DNA of 55,747 nucleotides from Batkoa obscura (Eukaryota): NCBI GenBank assembly GCA_030770535.1, contig JASVEC010000108.1, positions 1 to 55,747 of the forward strand, read 5' to 3'. Shown piece by piece: positions 29,945 to 42,663 of this stretch (position 1 is its first letter; each line of letters starts with the position of its first letter). The notes under the pieces were generated by a model. It saw only the letters and a program-made list of their open reading frames with translations, ran no database searches and was not told where the DNA came from. The position numbers and the translations under genes were made by a program.

Positions 29945-31531
29945 CTAACTTTCTTCTATTCTCTTAAGTGATATGTGTTCAACAAACAAAGAAGCAATAA
30001 ATCCAACAGCGAAAAAGGCAGCACCTGCATAAAACATGTATTTAAAAGCCTCAGCAAAGCTCTCAGTAACCTTTACAATTTGGTCTAAAGGTAAGCTGGA
30101 TATATATAAAGTTCCTTTACTTAATTTCTCTAAATCAATTTCATTGGAATATTTCATTAAAAAACTAGATGAAACATTTTGGTAAATCGCACCCAATACT
30201 GTTATGCCTATAATACCCCCCAATGAAAAAGTAAATCTAATTAATGATGTTACTACAGCAAGATCCTTTTCACCCACTGCTGCCTGGGAAGCAATTGTAG
30301 TAGCTTGCATACACAACCCAATCCCAGCACCGACTACTGCTGTAAATATATATATTAAGGTACGTGACACATCTACGCTGACAAATTGGGTCAATAGGAT
30401 GGAGCCTACGAATCCTAATAAGGTACCGATAATAGAAAAAAAGCGATACTTTCCTGTTCTACTGATTATAGAACCAGAAAATATAGAACATACAATCATT
30501 CCACAAATAACAGGAAGAATCCCAATAGTGGATTGCAGTGAAGATTCTTGGTAAGCAATTTGATTATAAAGGGGGATGTAAATAATGATTGAAAATAAAA
30601 TGGTTCCATTACAGAATGTGATTAAACCGCATGCGTTGACATTGCGTACTAAAATATTAGATGGTATAATAGGCTCTTTTGAGACTTTTAACTGAAGATA
30701 TATAAAAGCGAACATAAACATAATACTTAAAACCAATGGAACAAGTACGGCAGCCGATGACCAAGAATAAGTCTGTCCTCCCCAATTAAGCGCCAGCGTT
30801 AACAGTATAGTGAAAATCAAGAGTGTGATACACCCAAAATAATCTACCCTATTTAACTTTTCTTTAAAATTATTACTATCAGAAGGAAAGCGGAAAAAGA
30901 CAATAATAATAATCATGGCAATAGCACAAATAGGAATATTAATGTAAAAGCACCATCTCCATGATAATTTTAAAACAAATATACCACCTAAAATTGACCC
31001 TAAAGTTGATGATACTGTAAAAATCCCAGTAGCCAAACCCATATAATAACCTCTTTTCTTGAGTGGTACTAAATCAGAGATAATAATTGTACATAAAGTC
31101 ATTAGTCCTCCACCTCCAATACCTGCAATTGCCCTAGCTATGATAAGCATTTCAATATTTTGTGCAACTCCACACAAGATTGATCCGATCAAGAAGATAC
31201 TCAAAGCAAAAAGAATGGTTGGTTTTCTTCCAAATATATCTGAAAATTTGCCATAAAGAAGTTCAAAAGCATTAGAAGTTAAGAAATAGGCAGTGGCTAC
31301 CCAAGCAATATCTTGAAACCCATTTAAATCAGATGCGATAACACCAACAGAAGTTGTAATTATAGTAGTATCTAATGCAGCTACTGATATAGTAAAGAAT
31401 AATCCAATCATTATAATAATGAATTGTGCTTTGGATAGGTTTATTTTTTCATTAGATCCATCCTCATTAGGAAGTTCATATGACTTTGCGTTATCAACTT
31501 GATGCTCTCTTAACTCTATTGTTTGATTCAT
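29945..31531 (-). CDS. MFS 14-TM drug:H+ antiporter (DHA2 family)
   Basis: ALDTTII, YGKFSDIFGRK, ARAIAGIGGGG, WRWCFYINIP and WGG.TY.W motifs. Intronless, 528 aa. Confidence 0.92.
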   Translation of the reverse strand: MNQTIELREHQVDNAKSYELPNEDGSNEKINLSKAQFIIIMIGLFFTISVAALDTTIITTSVGVIASDLNGFQDIAWVATAYFLTSNAFELLYGKFSDIFGRKPTILFALSIFLIGSILCGVAQNIEMLIIARAIAGIGGGGLMTLCTIIISDLVPLKKRGYYMGLATGIFTVSSTLGSILGGIFVLKLSWRWCFYINIPICAIAMIIIIVFFRFPSDSNNFKEKLNRVDYFGCITLLIFTILLTLALNWGGQTYSWSSAAVLVPLVLSIMFMFAFIYLQLKVSKEPIIPSNILVRNVNACGLITFCNGTILFSIIIYIPLYNQIAYQESSLQSTIGILPVICGMIVCSIFSGSIISRTGKYRFFSIIGTLLGFVGSILLTQFVSVDVSRTLIYIFTAVVGAGIGLCMQATTIASQAAVGEKDLAVVTSLIRFTFSLGGIIGITVLGAIYQNVSSSFLMKYSNEIDLEKLSKGTLYISSLPLDQIVKVTESFAEAFKYMFYAGAAFFAVGFIASLFVEHISLKRIEES

Positions 31532-32010
31532 CTTTTAATGTAAATGTTTATTGATTTTATGACAACGATATATGATTTTACTCTTTTTAAATATATTTCA
31601 GCTTTTTTTACAGCTTTTTTTTGGCCGCACATTGTTCGGGAATAATAAATCCAAGCCAATCTATATTATGCAATTGACATTTTTATACTAAACTTCGCCT
31701 GTTTAACTTTCTTTCCAAACCATGTTAGATTTTTTATTCTAATAACAACAATATGATTTTGTAAAATAATCAATTTAACTGACTAGCATATTAGTTTAAT
31801 AACCAGAATTTAACCATATTTGTAACACTTTCGCTTTTTTTAATCTTGCAATTTTCTGAAATTTGCTGTCCTCCAAAATTGTATTCATAAAATCTAGGCA
31901 GAAATCCTGAGATTACTTTATGTTTTGGAGACAAACTTTGTTCTTTAAATTGATATGAATTATTGATACATTATAGGCCAAAAGATACATAAAAAATCAA
32001 ATTACTATAT

Positions 32011-34425
32011 GAGGCTGTCCTAATTGGTTTCAGAATCTACTTAGAAATTAATCCAAATTTAAAATTCCAAGTTTGTGTTCAATATAACGGTTAAATCTAA
32101 AAAGCCTAAAATTAAATGTCTCTATTTAAAACTTATTTTAATTGTTTCCTTTTCTTGAATAGCTAATTTTCCTAACTATATATTTTATGTTAGTTCTGTT
32201 AGATATTTAACAGATATATAATATATAACTATATAATTATATAATTATATAAATACAGTTATTTGACTTTATTTTTTGTTGAAATAAAAATAAAATGCAA
32301 ACTTTCATAACTAAACTTCGAAATGGAATTTTTGAAAACTTCAATACAATAGGGAGGAGTACACAATATAAACATTGTAATTCATTTACATCGATTTTAA
32401 GAGCTACTTATAACAACCCAAGGTTCATGGAATTTTATAATAAAACAAAACAAAGAAAAGATATATTATCAAAGTTTACTATCGATAATAATAAACTTAA
32501 TCAAGTAATGTATAAAATTAGTGCTTTAAGGGAAACAGGAAACAAAAGTCAGCAAGTAGCGTTATTATCAACTATAGCTTCAGTATATTCTTTTGATGAA
32601 TGTAAGAGTTTTGGGTTTAATATAAATAGAAATCAATATGATTATTCAAAAACAAGTAATAATAATAAAATATCAACATTACAACCTATTATTAAAAATA
32701 CAAAAAAAATTAAAGATGACCAAATTGAAACTATCATACAATATTTACTAAATGATTCAACTATTTCATCAATATTTAATAAAAAAAATAACGATAGTAA
32801 ATATTCATCAGATAATATATATATTAAATAAAAGTAGAAGAATGATCTAAGAGATAAAGCAGTAGCTAGGTCAACGTTCTTTAAATATATACCAAGTAAT
32901 TTCAAAAATCCAGCAAGAAAAACGGATCTATGTAATATATGTACCCAGTATACAGTTAGAAAAAAGTTATTTGAAAATAAAATAAATACAGCAAAAAACA
33001 AAGCAGAGATACAAGAAATTTTCAACGAAGAAGAAAAATTATACAAATTACATAAATTCTGTGTTGACACTCAAAAAAACACATTTAATGAAACTATCAA
33101 AAAATTAAATAACAAAAGTTGTATAATAGTTTTAGATTTTAAACAAAATATGGAAATAGGGACAAGACCAGATTCAATAAATCTAGATCATTATAATAAA
33201 CAAGCTATATCAGTATTAGGTTTTGGTGTATTATATTTAAAAGATGATAAAACAATAGGCAAAGTTTACTTTGATTACTTATCTGAAATATTGAATCATG
33301 ATTCAGCATATGCAGGAGATTGTTTAATCGATTTAATCTCTACAGAGCTTCTATTTAAAAAGTTTACAAAAATTAATATATGGGCAGATACAGGAAATCA
33401 TTTTAGATCCCAAGAGTTTCTACACTATATGTTTAAAGAAATTCATAAAATAAATAGTAGTTTGAATGTCAATCTTAATTTTTTTGCTGAGCATCATGGA
33501 AAAAGTATAGTTGATGGAGATTTTGGAAACCTTTCAAAATGGAAAAGTAGTTTTGAAGCGTTAGGTAAAATAGAAGATATCGATCAATTAATTTCAAGAT
33601 TTGAGGCTTTTATTTGCGAGCATAATAAAATTAATAACTCGACTGTTAATAATGGGAAAACAGATATAATTTTTAAAAAGTATAAAAGAAACAAAAATAC
33701 AAAAAGAATAATAGAGATGCAGGGCATTAAGAAGTATTTACACTTTATTAAACATAACAATAAACTACATTGTTATCCAGTATCTGATACATCAAAAAAA
33801 AGCGATATAGTCCCAATTAAAGTTATAGAGTCTATAGAAAACAGAAAAATTAAAAGATCGATCCCAGCTTACCTTACGAAGATAACAGAGAATTTAAAAA
33901 TTTCGATATTTACTAAGCAAGTAAGTAGTTTGTTGAATGATAGAAATAGATTGCTAAATGTTAAGATTACTTAAGTTATTAATAGCTAAGTTAATAAATA
34001 GTCAAAGAACAAGTAACTGTAATAATATGTAAAAACTATTATTACTTGTACTATATAGGGATGGTTAATTATAGTTTTGGGGCTAACCACTCCCTCCCAT
34101 GCAGCTATTTATTAACTTGGCAATATATTAATAATGTAATTATAACATTAAAATAGTTTATTTATTTGATAATAAATCTACAATGTTGGTTATAAAGCGG
34201 TTGATAATAAATATTTCTCAATTAAGCTTTATAAGAACATGTATTTAAGATCTAGTAGAAATTCAACTAACTTACAGTATGAGCTATAATAGAATGATTT
34301 AGAACTGTGTTTGGGTACTTTTGTTTTAATAAAAGATGTGATTTTATAGAATTTTAAGCGAAGTTTTTAAAATATAAAATTTTTCAAAAATTGGATAAAA
34401 TAATGAAACTAATTCAGACAACCCC
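32011..34425 (+). mobile_element. Sola-like DNA transposon, copy 1 (2415 bp)
   Basis: Starts GAGGCTGTCCTAATTGGTTTCA and ends TGAAACTAATTCAGACAACCCC (imperfect 22-bp TIR). Flanked by ATAT on both sides; near-identical to 43135-45557. Confidence 0.9.
32295..33974 (+). pseudogene. DDD transposase (Sola2-like), single frame broken by TAA-AAG-TAG at 32829-32837, or spliced
   Basis: One frame reads ..STFFKYIP..TDLCNIC..H..CIIVLDFKQN..WADTGNHFRSQE..NFFAEHHGKSIVDG(D)FG. Confidence 0.75.
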
Positions 34426-34429
34426 ATAT

Positions 34430-34528
34430 GGAGATGTATTTTTTTGTTTAAGAATTTTACTAACAATCTTTCTACCCAAGTAGCGTTTGAAAGATAGAAA
34501 AAGTGATGAAGCTAGAAAAAACATTCTC
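34430..34528 (+). mobile_element. ~98-bp MITE abutting transposon copy 1
   Basis: GGAGATGT...ACATTCTC; shares ATAT 34426-34429 with the transposon and has ATAT on the right. Confidence 0.85.
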
Positions 34529-34868
34529 ATATAATGGTTTAATTTATGACTATGAGCTTCATAGGCTAAGAACCTGAAGGAAAGTTAGAATGATACAAGG
34601 AAGCCAATAGTTATGATGTTATGACATTTATTACTTTGACTTTTTAATTATAACACTAAAATAACATTTTAATCTTTTGTTGTTGCGTATTTAAATTTCT
34701 ACTGCTTTCACTTTGTAAAGATAAAAGCAAATAAATGATATTTTAATATATAAAAATGGTTATAATATAGCCGCTATTGGTTATACTTAACCTTTTGATT
34801 CTATATATTGTAGTAACTTCATGCTAGCAGTCCTAATAACTCAAAACCATGTATAAGGAAGAAAATAT

Positions 34869-34966
34869 GGGGCTGTTTTTTTTAGTTTCATTATTTTTCC
34901 ATTTTTTAAGCGCTATTTATGTGGAAAAATTGTCAGTAAAATTCTTAAATACAAAAATACATCCCC
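34869..34966 (-). mobile_element. ~98-bp MITE
   Basis: GGGGCTGT...ACATCCCC; TSD ATAT/ATAT. Confidence 0.9.
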
Positions 34967-35968
34967 ATATAGTAATTGAATTTATTTCAAGATATTAAGC
35001 TACAATCCCCTATGAATTTACGAAAGTATGGTACCCATGTAATCGGTTAATAGACAAATGAAATTTACAAAAATATAAAATGGATAAACAATAATACATT
35101 TAACATATTTTATCTAATGTATTCATTGATAAATTCAAAATATTTACTATAAAAGGCAAATTAGTTCACATTTCTAAAAAAAAATTTAATGTTATTTTAA
35201 GTTCTCTTGAGTGAAAGAAATCAAATGTTGAAGTACATATAAGTTTCTCAATCCCTCTCTAATATTCCCTTGCCTCACATAAGAGCAGTAGTATTTTATC
35301 CGAAAAAACATAATGTAAATTAGTGTTGTAATTTCAATATAAATTCAGTTTTAATTATAAACTAATGTAGTATTGTAAATAATGATAATTAAAACTATTA
35401 GCTTATAAAAGCAACCAAACTTATTGATATCTCATTTCTCTCTTTATCCTGTACAGCTAACTTGACAATCTTTAAAATATTTGAAATCGGATTTTGACAT
35501 TTATAACTATTATACAATATAAAAATTCTACACTTTTTTAAATAAATATAATTTCCAATAAACAACTCACATCTTAGTATTTCTTCTATAATTCTATAAT
35601 CATAAATGATATAAGTTAAACAAGATGTAAAATTATTTTGACTATTTGTATTATAAAATCAATAAATTGTTATGCCCCAAGCGAGATATTTATTGGTTAA
35701 AAGAAACAGGTAATTTGGATTTAGCTCTCACTTATAAATATGCATACTAATAAAAATAGAGCGACCAATGATTAAATAGTCATGTTGTCTATCAATTTAG
35801 AATAAGGCACATAGATTCAATAATAACATTCGATGATTCAATACACTTAGCAATAATCTCAAATGGGTACAATTTATTGATAAAATACATTTTTAATTAA
35901 ATCTTACTTAATAAAAAAATAAAGCTAAAAACTATCGTTTAATAATCGCAAAAGGATCGTGAATTAAG

Positions 35969-36619
35969 TCATAAAATAAGACACTTTATCCTCCTAGTTT
36001 TCTTTACATTTTGTGGAGTTATTTGATGAATTTGTTGTATAATTGTTGAGAAAGCTTCATTGATATTGAAAAATAACCTTGCTGATGTTTCCATGAAAGG
36101 CATACCCCATTCGCTAGCTAACTCTTGAGCTTTTTTAGTACTTACTGCTCTTTCTGAATTAAGATCAAATTTATTCCCTAACAGAATCATAGGCACCTTT
36201 TTTAAAAATAAACGCTTACTTTATAGGCCGTTAAAATTAATTACCTTTGTAGTTCCTTTCACTCTTAAAATATTATCTCTTAAATTGGATACATCTTCAA
36301 AGGAAGATGCAGAAGTAATCGAATAAACCAATAAAAAACCTTGGCCATTTCGCATATATAACTCTCTAATTGCAGTAAATTGTTCTGTTCCAGCAGTATC
36401 CAATATTTCCATTATACAAGATTGACCTTCAATTTCAATTGTTTTTCGGTAAGAATCTTCAATCGTTGGATCATATTTTTCAACAAATACTCCTTGAACA
36501 TACTGTACTGTCTATTAAATGATATGTAAACAAATAATGAATAAAAAAGAAAAAACTCATACTATAGCGGATTTACCAACACCACCAGCGCCTAATATTA
36601 CAACTCGATATTCTTTCAT
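35969..36619 (-). CDS. RSR1: Rap1/Rsr1 (Bud1)-type Ras-family GTPase (3 exons)
   Basis: [37 protein letters not shown] (Rap-typical Thr61), GNKFD, ETSA and CAAX CLIL. Confidence 0.9.
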
Positions 36620-38308
36620 TGCGAATTAAAAATAATAAAAAATAAACTAGAAACAATAAATAAAAAGTTTAAGATTAAGTTAAGATGTAAAAACAATTCT
36701 TCCATTATAACTAATTATGTTTGACATCACCCACAATATACTCAATTATTATTGAAATTCTGAATACTATCCTTAGTCCTCACCTATCCCTTTTTGTATT
36801 AGGTAAGCTTATTGGCTCTAAATTTTTAAGAAAAAAACTTGATTTAGGGGTCTAAAGTAAAAGGGGCAAGGTAATGATGTAAGTTTTCAATATATAAGAT
36901 TCATAGAATAGAAAATAAAAATATAAAATTTTAATATATCTTAAGTCTCAAAAGTTCATGATTGTTTTAATATTGAATTCAACTCTTTTTAATGATATTG
37001 TAAAAGTCTATTTCGTATTATATTTAAGTTGAATTTTTTAACGTTTTAAACCAAAAATTACTAAATTTAGAATATAACTCCTAAAATTAAGTAAAACAAA
37101 AAAAGAACTTTAATATAAAATAAGAAATTGTTTTAAATATATTAAATATAAAATCTTTAAAATAATACGGTTCTATTAATGAAATTAACTAGCGTAACTC
37201 TTATTTTCATCTATCCTATTATGATTTGTAGGATTTTTAACTAATTCAATTGTTATCATAACTACTAAATCTTATAAATATATATAAAAATAATCCTAAA
37301 TGTTACCACCTTCTTACTATAGAAGCTAGATTCACATATAGTTCCACTTTTTATGTAATTTTTTTCATGGAATCCAACTTTTATCTTACACAAAAAGTAA
37401 CGATACTTTTATAAATAACTTCATTTTATAATGCTCTATAAAACTAGAGATATTTAAATTGATAGTTGAGTATTTTGGTCTATAAGGACATATAGATGAA
37501 GGGATTTATAAATAGTACAGGAATTGATAAAATTTCTAATTTCTCTACATAAATCAAATTTTTCCTATTTCTTATTACATCAAAATCACTGGTAACTACA
37601 TAAATATATTCCACTTGATTATGTATTTTTCAAAACATAAATACTGATGTTTTGTATAGTTTTATGCTAATAGTAATTTTAATATAAATCATATGTAGGT
37701 GTTATGTTAAAACTAATACTTACCCCACCTTGCACACACCAATTTTGAATAAAAATATGGTATAAAGTGTAATAATAGTAATCCCAATAAATTTCATTTT
37801 TTAGGTATTATAGCATATATTGCTGTTTCAATTTATATATCTTTATATGTAATAAAATTCGAAGAACACAAGATTATTTTTCCACTCCAATATTTTATTG
37901 CTTTTTAAATGACTTGAAAATCTGATAGTTAAATTTATATACTTTAATTTTTTAAATTTTTTATTTATATTTATACTATTTATATAATACCTTTTATCAG
38001 AAATCCTATAAAGTGACTTTCTATATTAATTTGAATTCTTATATCTAAAAATATCTATTATTAATTTAGTAATTTAATTAAAATATTTGCTTGGGATAAA
38101 TGCTGCTAAATTAATGTAATAAAATTTTTTATTTTAGGAATTATTAAAAATCTTTATAGTATCAAAAGTCCAAATCCTTTATATTTCTAAAAACTTTTTA
38201 GTTATGTAAATTTGAATAGTAAACTTAAAGTTATTTGAAATCAAAACCATTATATTGATATGAGTTCCTGTATTTTAATACTTTATGTAAAGCTTTTATT
38301 CAAATTAT

Positions 38309-38402
38309 GGGGATATGTTTTTTAAGAATTTTACTAGCAATCTCTCCACTCAAATAGCGCTTAAAAAATAGAAAAAGTGATGAAATCAAAAAAAACATCC
38401 CC
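38309..38402 (+). mobile_element. ~98-bp MITE (small internal deletion)
   Basis: GGGGATAT...ACATCCCC; flanks TTAT/CTAT. Confidence 0.85.
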
Positions 38403-38484
38403 TATGTACTATTTATTTAATAGATTAAAGCCTTTACCTTAAATCTAAACTTATTGCTAATTTTTAGCTTATAGCTGTGAAATC

Positions 38485-38816
38485 TGATACCCAGTGATTG
38501 GAGTCAAAAGCAGTCATTGCTTAGTTGACTATGCTATAAGTCGAAAGGTTTTAGGTTATGTAACTAAGGTGGACCTGAATTATAAAGAATGCCACGTAAT
38601 ATGCTATAGGCTATGTAAGACAAATAGAATAGACAATACTACTGTAAAATCTACGTAAAATACTATTAAGAAAATTTAGTGGCTTTATTAAAGGTACGAT
38701 ATCAAAAAATAGTTCAATTAAAAAGTCTCGAGTTACTATGTTCTAAAATCTCTTTTATACACCGACAAGTATGGATATTAAAACGAGGAGATAATGTTCT
38801 TCAGAACTACGTAACA
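38485..38816 (-). mobile_element. Solo LTR-like repeat (332 bp)
   Basis: Minus strand reads TGTTACG...TATAAAAG...AATAAA...TATCA; second copy at 15112. Confidence 0.7.
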
Positions 38817-39142
38817 GAAATTCTCATAGTAAATCAAAATAAAAGATTCAGGATTGATTGTGCCTGAACTCGAGAACACGCCAACTTAAGTAATTGTTAT
38901 ATTATAATCAACCATAGAGCTGACAAAGCGATATTTCATGCAACTATGTATTCAATTAAAACTTCGATATTTTTTGCTTTATAAAATATTACAGATCATA
39001 AGTTATGATTTATCAGTGTAGTACAAAATTCAATAAGTTATATTATTTTTATACAAAAATTACACAACTAGTCTCAATAAGAGTATTAATTCATTTTGTA
39101 AGTTTGTATATTTATTACTCTATATAAACATTATCAACATAT

Positions 39143-39238
39143 GGGGATATATTTTGTGTTTAAGAGTTTTATTAGCAATTTTTTCGCCCAGATAGTGCTT
39201 AAAAGATGGAAAAAGTAATGCAGTAAAAAAACACCCTC
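39143..39238 (+). mobile_element. ~98-bp MITE
   Basis: GGGGATAT...ACACCCTC; TSD ATAT/ATAT. Confidence 0.85.
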
Positions 39239-39265
39239 ATATCTTGCTCTTTTAGTGAAGCATAT

Positions 39266-39364
39266 GGGGATGTATTTTTATGTTTAAGAATTTTACTGAC
39301 ATATTTTCCACTCAAATAGCGCTTAAAAAATGGAAAAAATAATGAAGTCAAAAAAAACACTCCC
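39266..39364 (+). mobile_element. ~98-bp MITE
   Basis: GGGGATGT...ACACTCCC; TSD ATAT/ATAT. Confidence 0.9.
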
Positions 39365-40174
39365 ATATGATTCAAGATATCAGTTATTGACATCAAACAA
39401 CATAAGTAAATCACCATCAATACATAGGGGCAATACAATTATTGTATTATTAAATTTCAAGTGAATTTACTTGCATGCTTTATATTATACGATATGATAA
39501 TAAATGTAAAATCGTATAAAAATGGTAACTAATCAATATACTATAACCTGGGTAAAAAACATATTTAGTATTCAAATTGTTAATCAATGTATTGTCTGAT
39601 TTATAATTATTTAAATTTTTAATTGAAATTGATGTAAATGTTGAATGTGATGTAATCGAATCTAGATGAAAATAATAATATGGTAGGTCAAAGCGGGATA
39701 TTTTATTAATAAAACATACATTTCTAATTTAAAATTTCGATGGTTAGTAAAGTAAAAATGAGACTTTAAGGGTTTTATAAGTTTCAGGAATTGAAGTTAA
39801 ATGCAAGATTTTCGAAACACAAGAATAAGGTAGAAGCATAAGAATAAAATAACAAGCTTATATTCGTATATCTAGAAAAATCATACTTATAAAACAATCA
39901 ATTCGATACTTAAAATTATTTTAAAATTTATTGAATTTCATTTCTTTGATCCTATCAACTAATTTTCAACCATCAAAAATATACCTTTTAATATCTATTA
40001 ATAAGCCCATGGAAATAGTAATTAAGAATGTGTATAACTGATCCACCTTATCATTTTAGCCGAGACTGTACTATTTAATTAATCTTCTCATTTCAACCGA
40101 GTATATATACTTGTTTTTTTGTTATTTAGGCTAATTACTCTTTAAACAACATTGAGAGAAGTTTCAAGTGACTA

Positions 40175-40270
40175 TTCCCAAAACCTAATTTATTTAGTAA
40201 AACACGATTTTTTATTACTAAATAAAGTAAATAAACATCGTGTTTTACTAAATAAATCAAGTTTTGGGAA
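40175..40270. repeat. Foldback/palindromic element
   Basis: TTCCCAAAACCTAATTTATTTAGTAAAACACGAT pairs with ATCGTGTTTTACTAAATAAATCAAGTTTTGGGAA. Confidence 0.85.
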
Positions 40271-40448
40271 CAACAACCTGGGATCTTTCCTAGTGTAAAT
40301 AATCAAAGGTCAATGATTTCACTTACTAAGATTACTTTGATATTAATAAAAAGATATTTTAGTTTTTAATAGCTTGATGTTAGGACTAGTTGATCAAAAA
40401 GCAAGTTTCAGATATCATTGAGTATAAAACATAAGTATTTATTTATAT

Positions 40449-40517
40449 TAATATTAAATATATACATCTAATATTAAATATATACATCTAATATTAAATA
40501 AATATATCTAATATTAA
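40449..40517. repeat. 20-bp tandem repeat, about 3.5 units
   Basis: (TAATATTAAATATATACATC)n. Confidence 0.85.
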
Positions 40518-40912
40518 TTTATTTTATTTAAAAATAAAAAATGACTTTCAGCAAGTTAGTTGCGCAACACTGCTAATATTGAAGATTGAAATAAAAAAGT
40601 ATTAATCAAGGGTAAAATTGAAGATGATAAGAATAGTTAATTATAATAAAATATATGGTGTTTAAGTGCTGTGATTTATAATAAAAATTAAGGAGCAATG
40701 TGTCGGCTAATTTTACCATTTTATTAGTATAAGTTATGTGAGATCATTATAAAAAAACTAATGAATTTATCCAAAAAGTATAAAAATAAAATACTATAAT
40801 GAATAGTATATAAATACTCTCAAATCGAATCTCATCTACATATAAAAAATCAAAAAAACAATCATTACATTTTAATTGTATATAAACTAATATTGCATAT
40901 TCCAATTCAAAA

Positions 40913-42478
40913 ATGTTGAAAAATGGGGATATACTTACACATGAAGCTAAAGATTCACGAGAAATGAAAGTGAACCAATATCTAATTGTAACCTGTTCTT
41001 TAGCCGCTTTGTCCACTTTTAATGTTGGTTATAATATTGGCGTGGGTAACATTGTAGAACATAAAATTCGTATATGTGATCAACAAATTTATGATAGCCA
41101 AGGTTTTCCAGATTGTTTGCCTGCTGGAGAATTATTATGGTATAATTACTGATAATTGTATTTATAATAGAATGTAACTAATAAGATTTCAGGGGTGTCA
41201 TTATCAGTTTATTGGCTTTAGGTGGATTATGTGGAGCTATATTGGCTAGCAAATTATTGGTTTGGTTTGGTAGAAGAAACGCTATTTTATTTAACAATAT
41301 ATTTTATATTGTTGGTGGTATTTTAATTGGTACTTCTACCACTCTTGGCCAATTTGGAGTTGGACGATTTATTTGTGGTATGGGGTGGTAATTATATTAT
41401 CATATTTAATATAAGTTATAAATGTTAACTATTTTAATAATAGTGGTGTTTCTCTTGTAACCGTCTCTACTTATATCGGTGAAGTGGCCACTCATAAAGG
41501 CCATGGAGCTTTGGGTAGTTATTTTATTTTATATAGTATTATGAATGCTAATTTTATATTTTAGGTGGAATTTTTCAAATTATGTTAGTAACAGGAGTAT
41601 TTTTATCTCATGGATTTAGTATTCCATTGAATTATGCCCCTGGATGGCGTGTATTATTTGCTATTACTGGTATACCATCACTTATCCAATTAGGTTTATT
41701 CCCATTCTGTGTTGAAACACCAGCTTATTTGATTTCTCAAGGGAAATTAGATCAAGCTAAAGAAAATTTAATTAAATTAAGAAGTGGGTATGATACAACT
41801 CAAGAATTTCAAGATTTAGTTGATAGACAAAATAAACTCAACGGAGGTCAAAAAGTTAATCCATACAAGGTCATCTTAAATAACAAAAAGTTATTAAAGC
41901 ATATGTTAATATGTATAATGGTACATATTGCTCAACAATGGTGCGGTATTAATGGTATTTTATTTTATTCCGCTACAATTTTCTCCCTCGCTTTTGGTAA
42001 AGAAAATGCCGCTTATTTAGCTTTAGGAACGGATGCAGTCTTCATCTTATTTACTCTTGTTTTCATCCTTATTGCTGATCGATTAAGTCGTAAATGGTTA
42101 ATGATCATTACTTTAATTAGCACTGCAATTTGTTCCATTCTAGTAACTGTTGGCTTAAAATTAGCGATTGATGTCATGGTAGCCGTCTTTATCTTCATCT
42201 TTATTGCTATCTTTGCTTTGGGAATTGGACCAATTCCATGGATGATTGTATCGGAATTATTCCCAAGTGATCAATTGCCAGCTGCAAGTGGAGTAGCTAT
42301 GGCTACTAATTGGTTATTTAACTTTATATTTACTTTAGTTTTCCCTTCTATTTTGAAACAAGTTGAAGCTTTTACTTTCCTTATATTTGCTGTTATTGCT
42401 ATTGTATTTGCGGCTGGTGTTTTATTCTTTGTTCCTGAAACCAAAGGTAAAACTATTGATCAGCTTTTAGAAGGCTAG
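40913..42478 (+). CDS. MFS sugar porter (GLUT-like), 4 exons
   Basis: FNVGYNIG, FGRR, GRFICG, VETP, QQWCGINGILFYS, GIGPIPWMIVSELFP, NWLFNF and VPETKGK. Confidence 0.93.
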
Positions 42479-42663
42479 ATAATGAATTATTACATTTTAA
42501 TTTCTTATTTCATTATCCTGCTCTAATCTATTCGACTCTACAATTACACTTGTTAAATTATCAAATAAAGCTTAGTCTTTTCTCTAAAATATTTGATTTA
42601 CCACGATTTTAATTTTTAACACTTTGTAAAGATACTTAAAATCTCAACTTTAGTAACTTTGTT

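Noticed and set aside
31624..31639. CCG-N9-CGG possible Zn2Cys6 site upstream of the DHA2 transporter
   Set aside because: A single short motif that cannot be distinguished from chance.
32829..32837. Stop-codon reassignment or readthrough
   Set aside because: Host genes here end normally at TAA, TAG and TGA and lack internal in-frame stops.
32642..33070. Minus-strand 142-aa ORF, repeated at 43825-44202
   Set aside because: It is the antisense shadow of the transposase frame and is repeated only because the element is duplicated.
32295..33974. Fanzor/TnpB-type RNA-guided nuclease
   Set aside because: No RuvC motifs or C-terminal zinc ribbon were seen; the motifs fit a DDD transposase.
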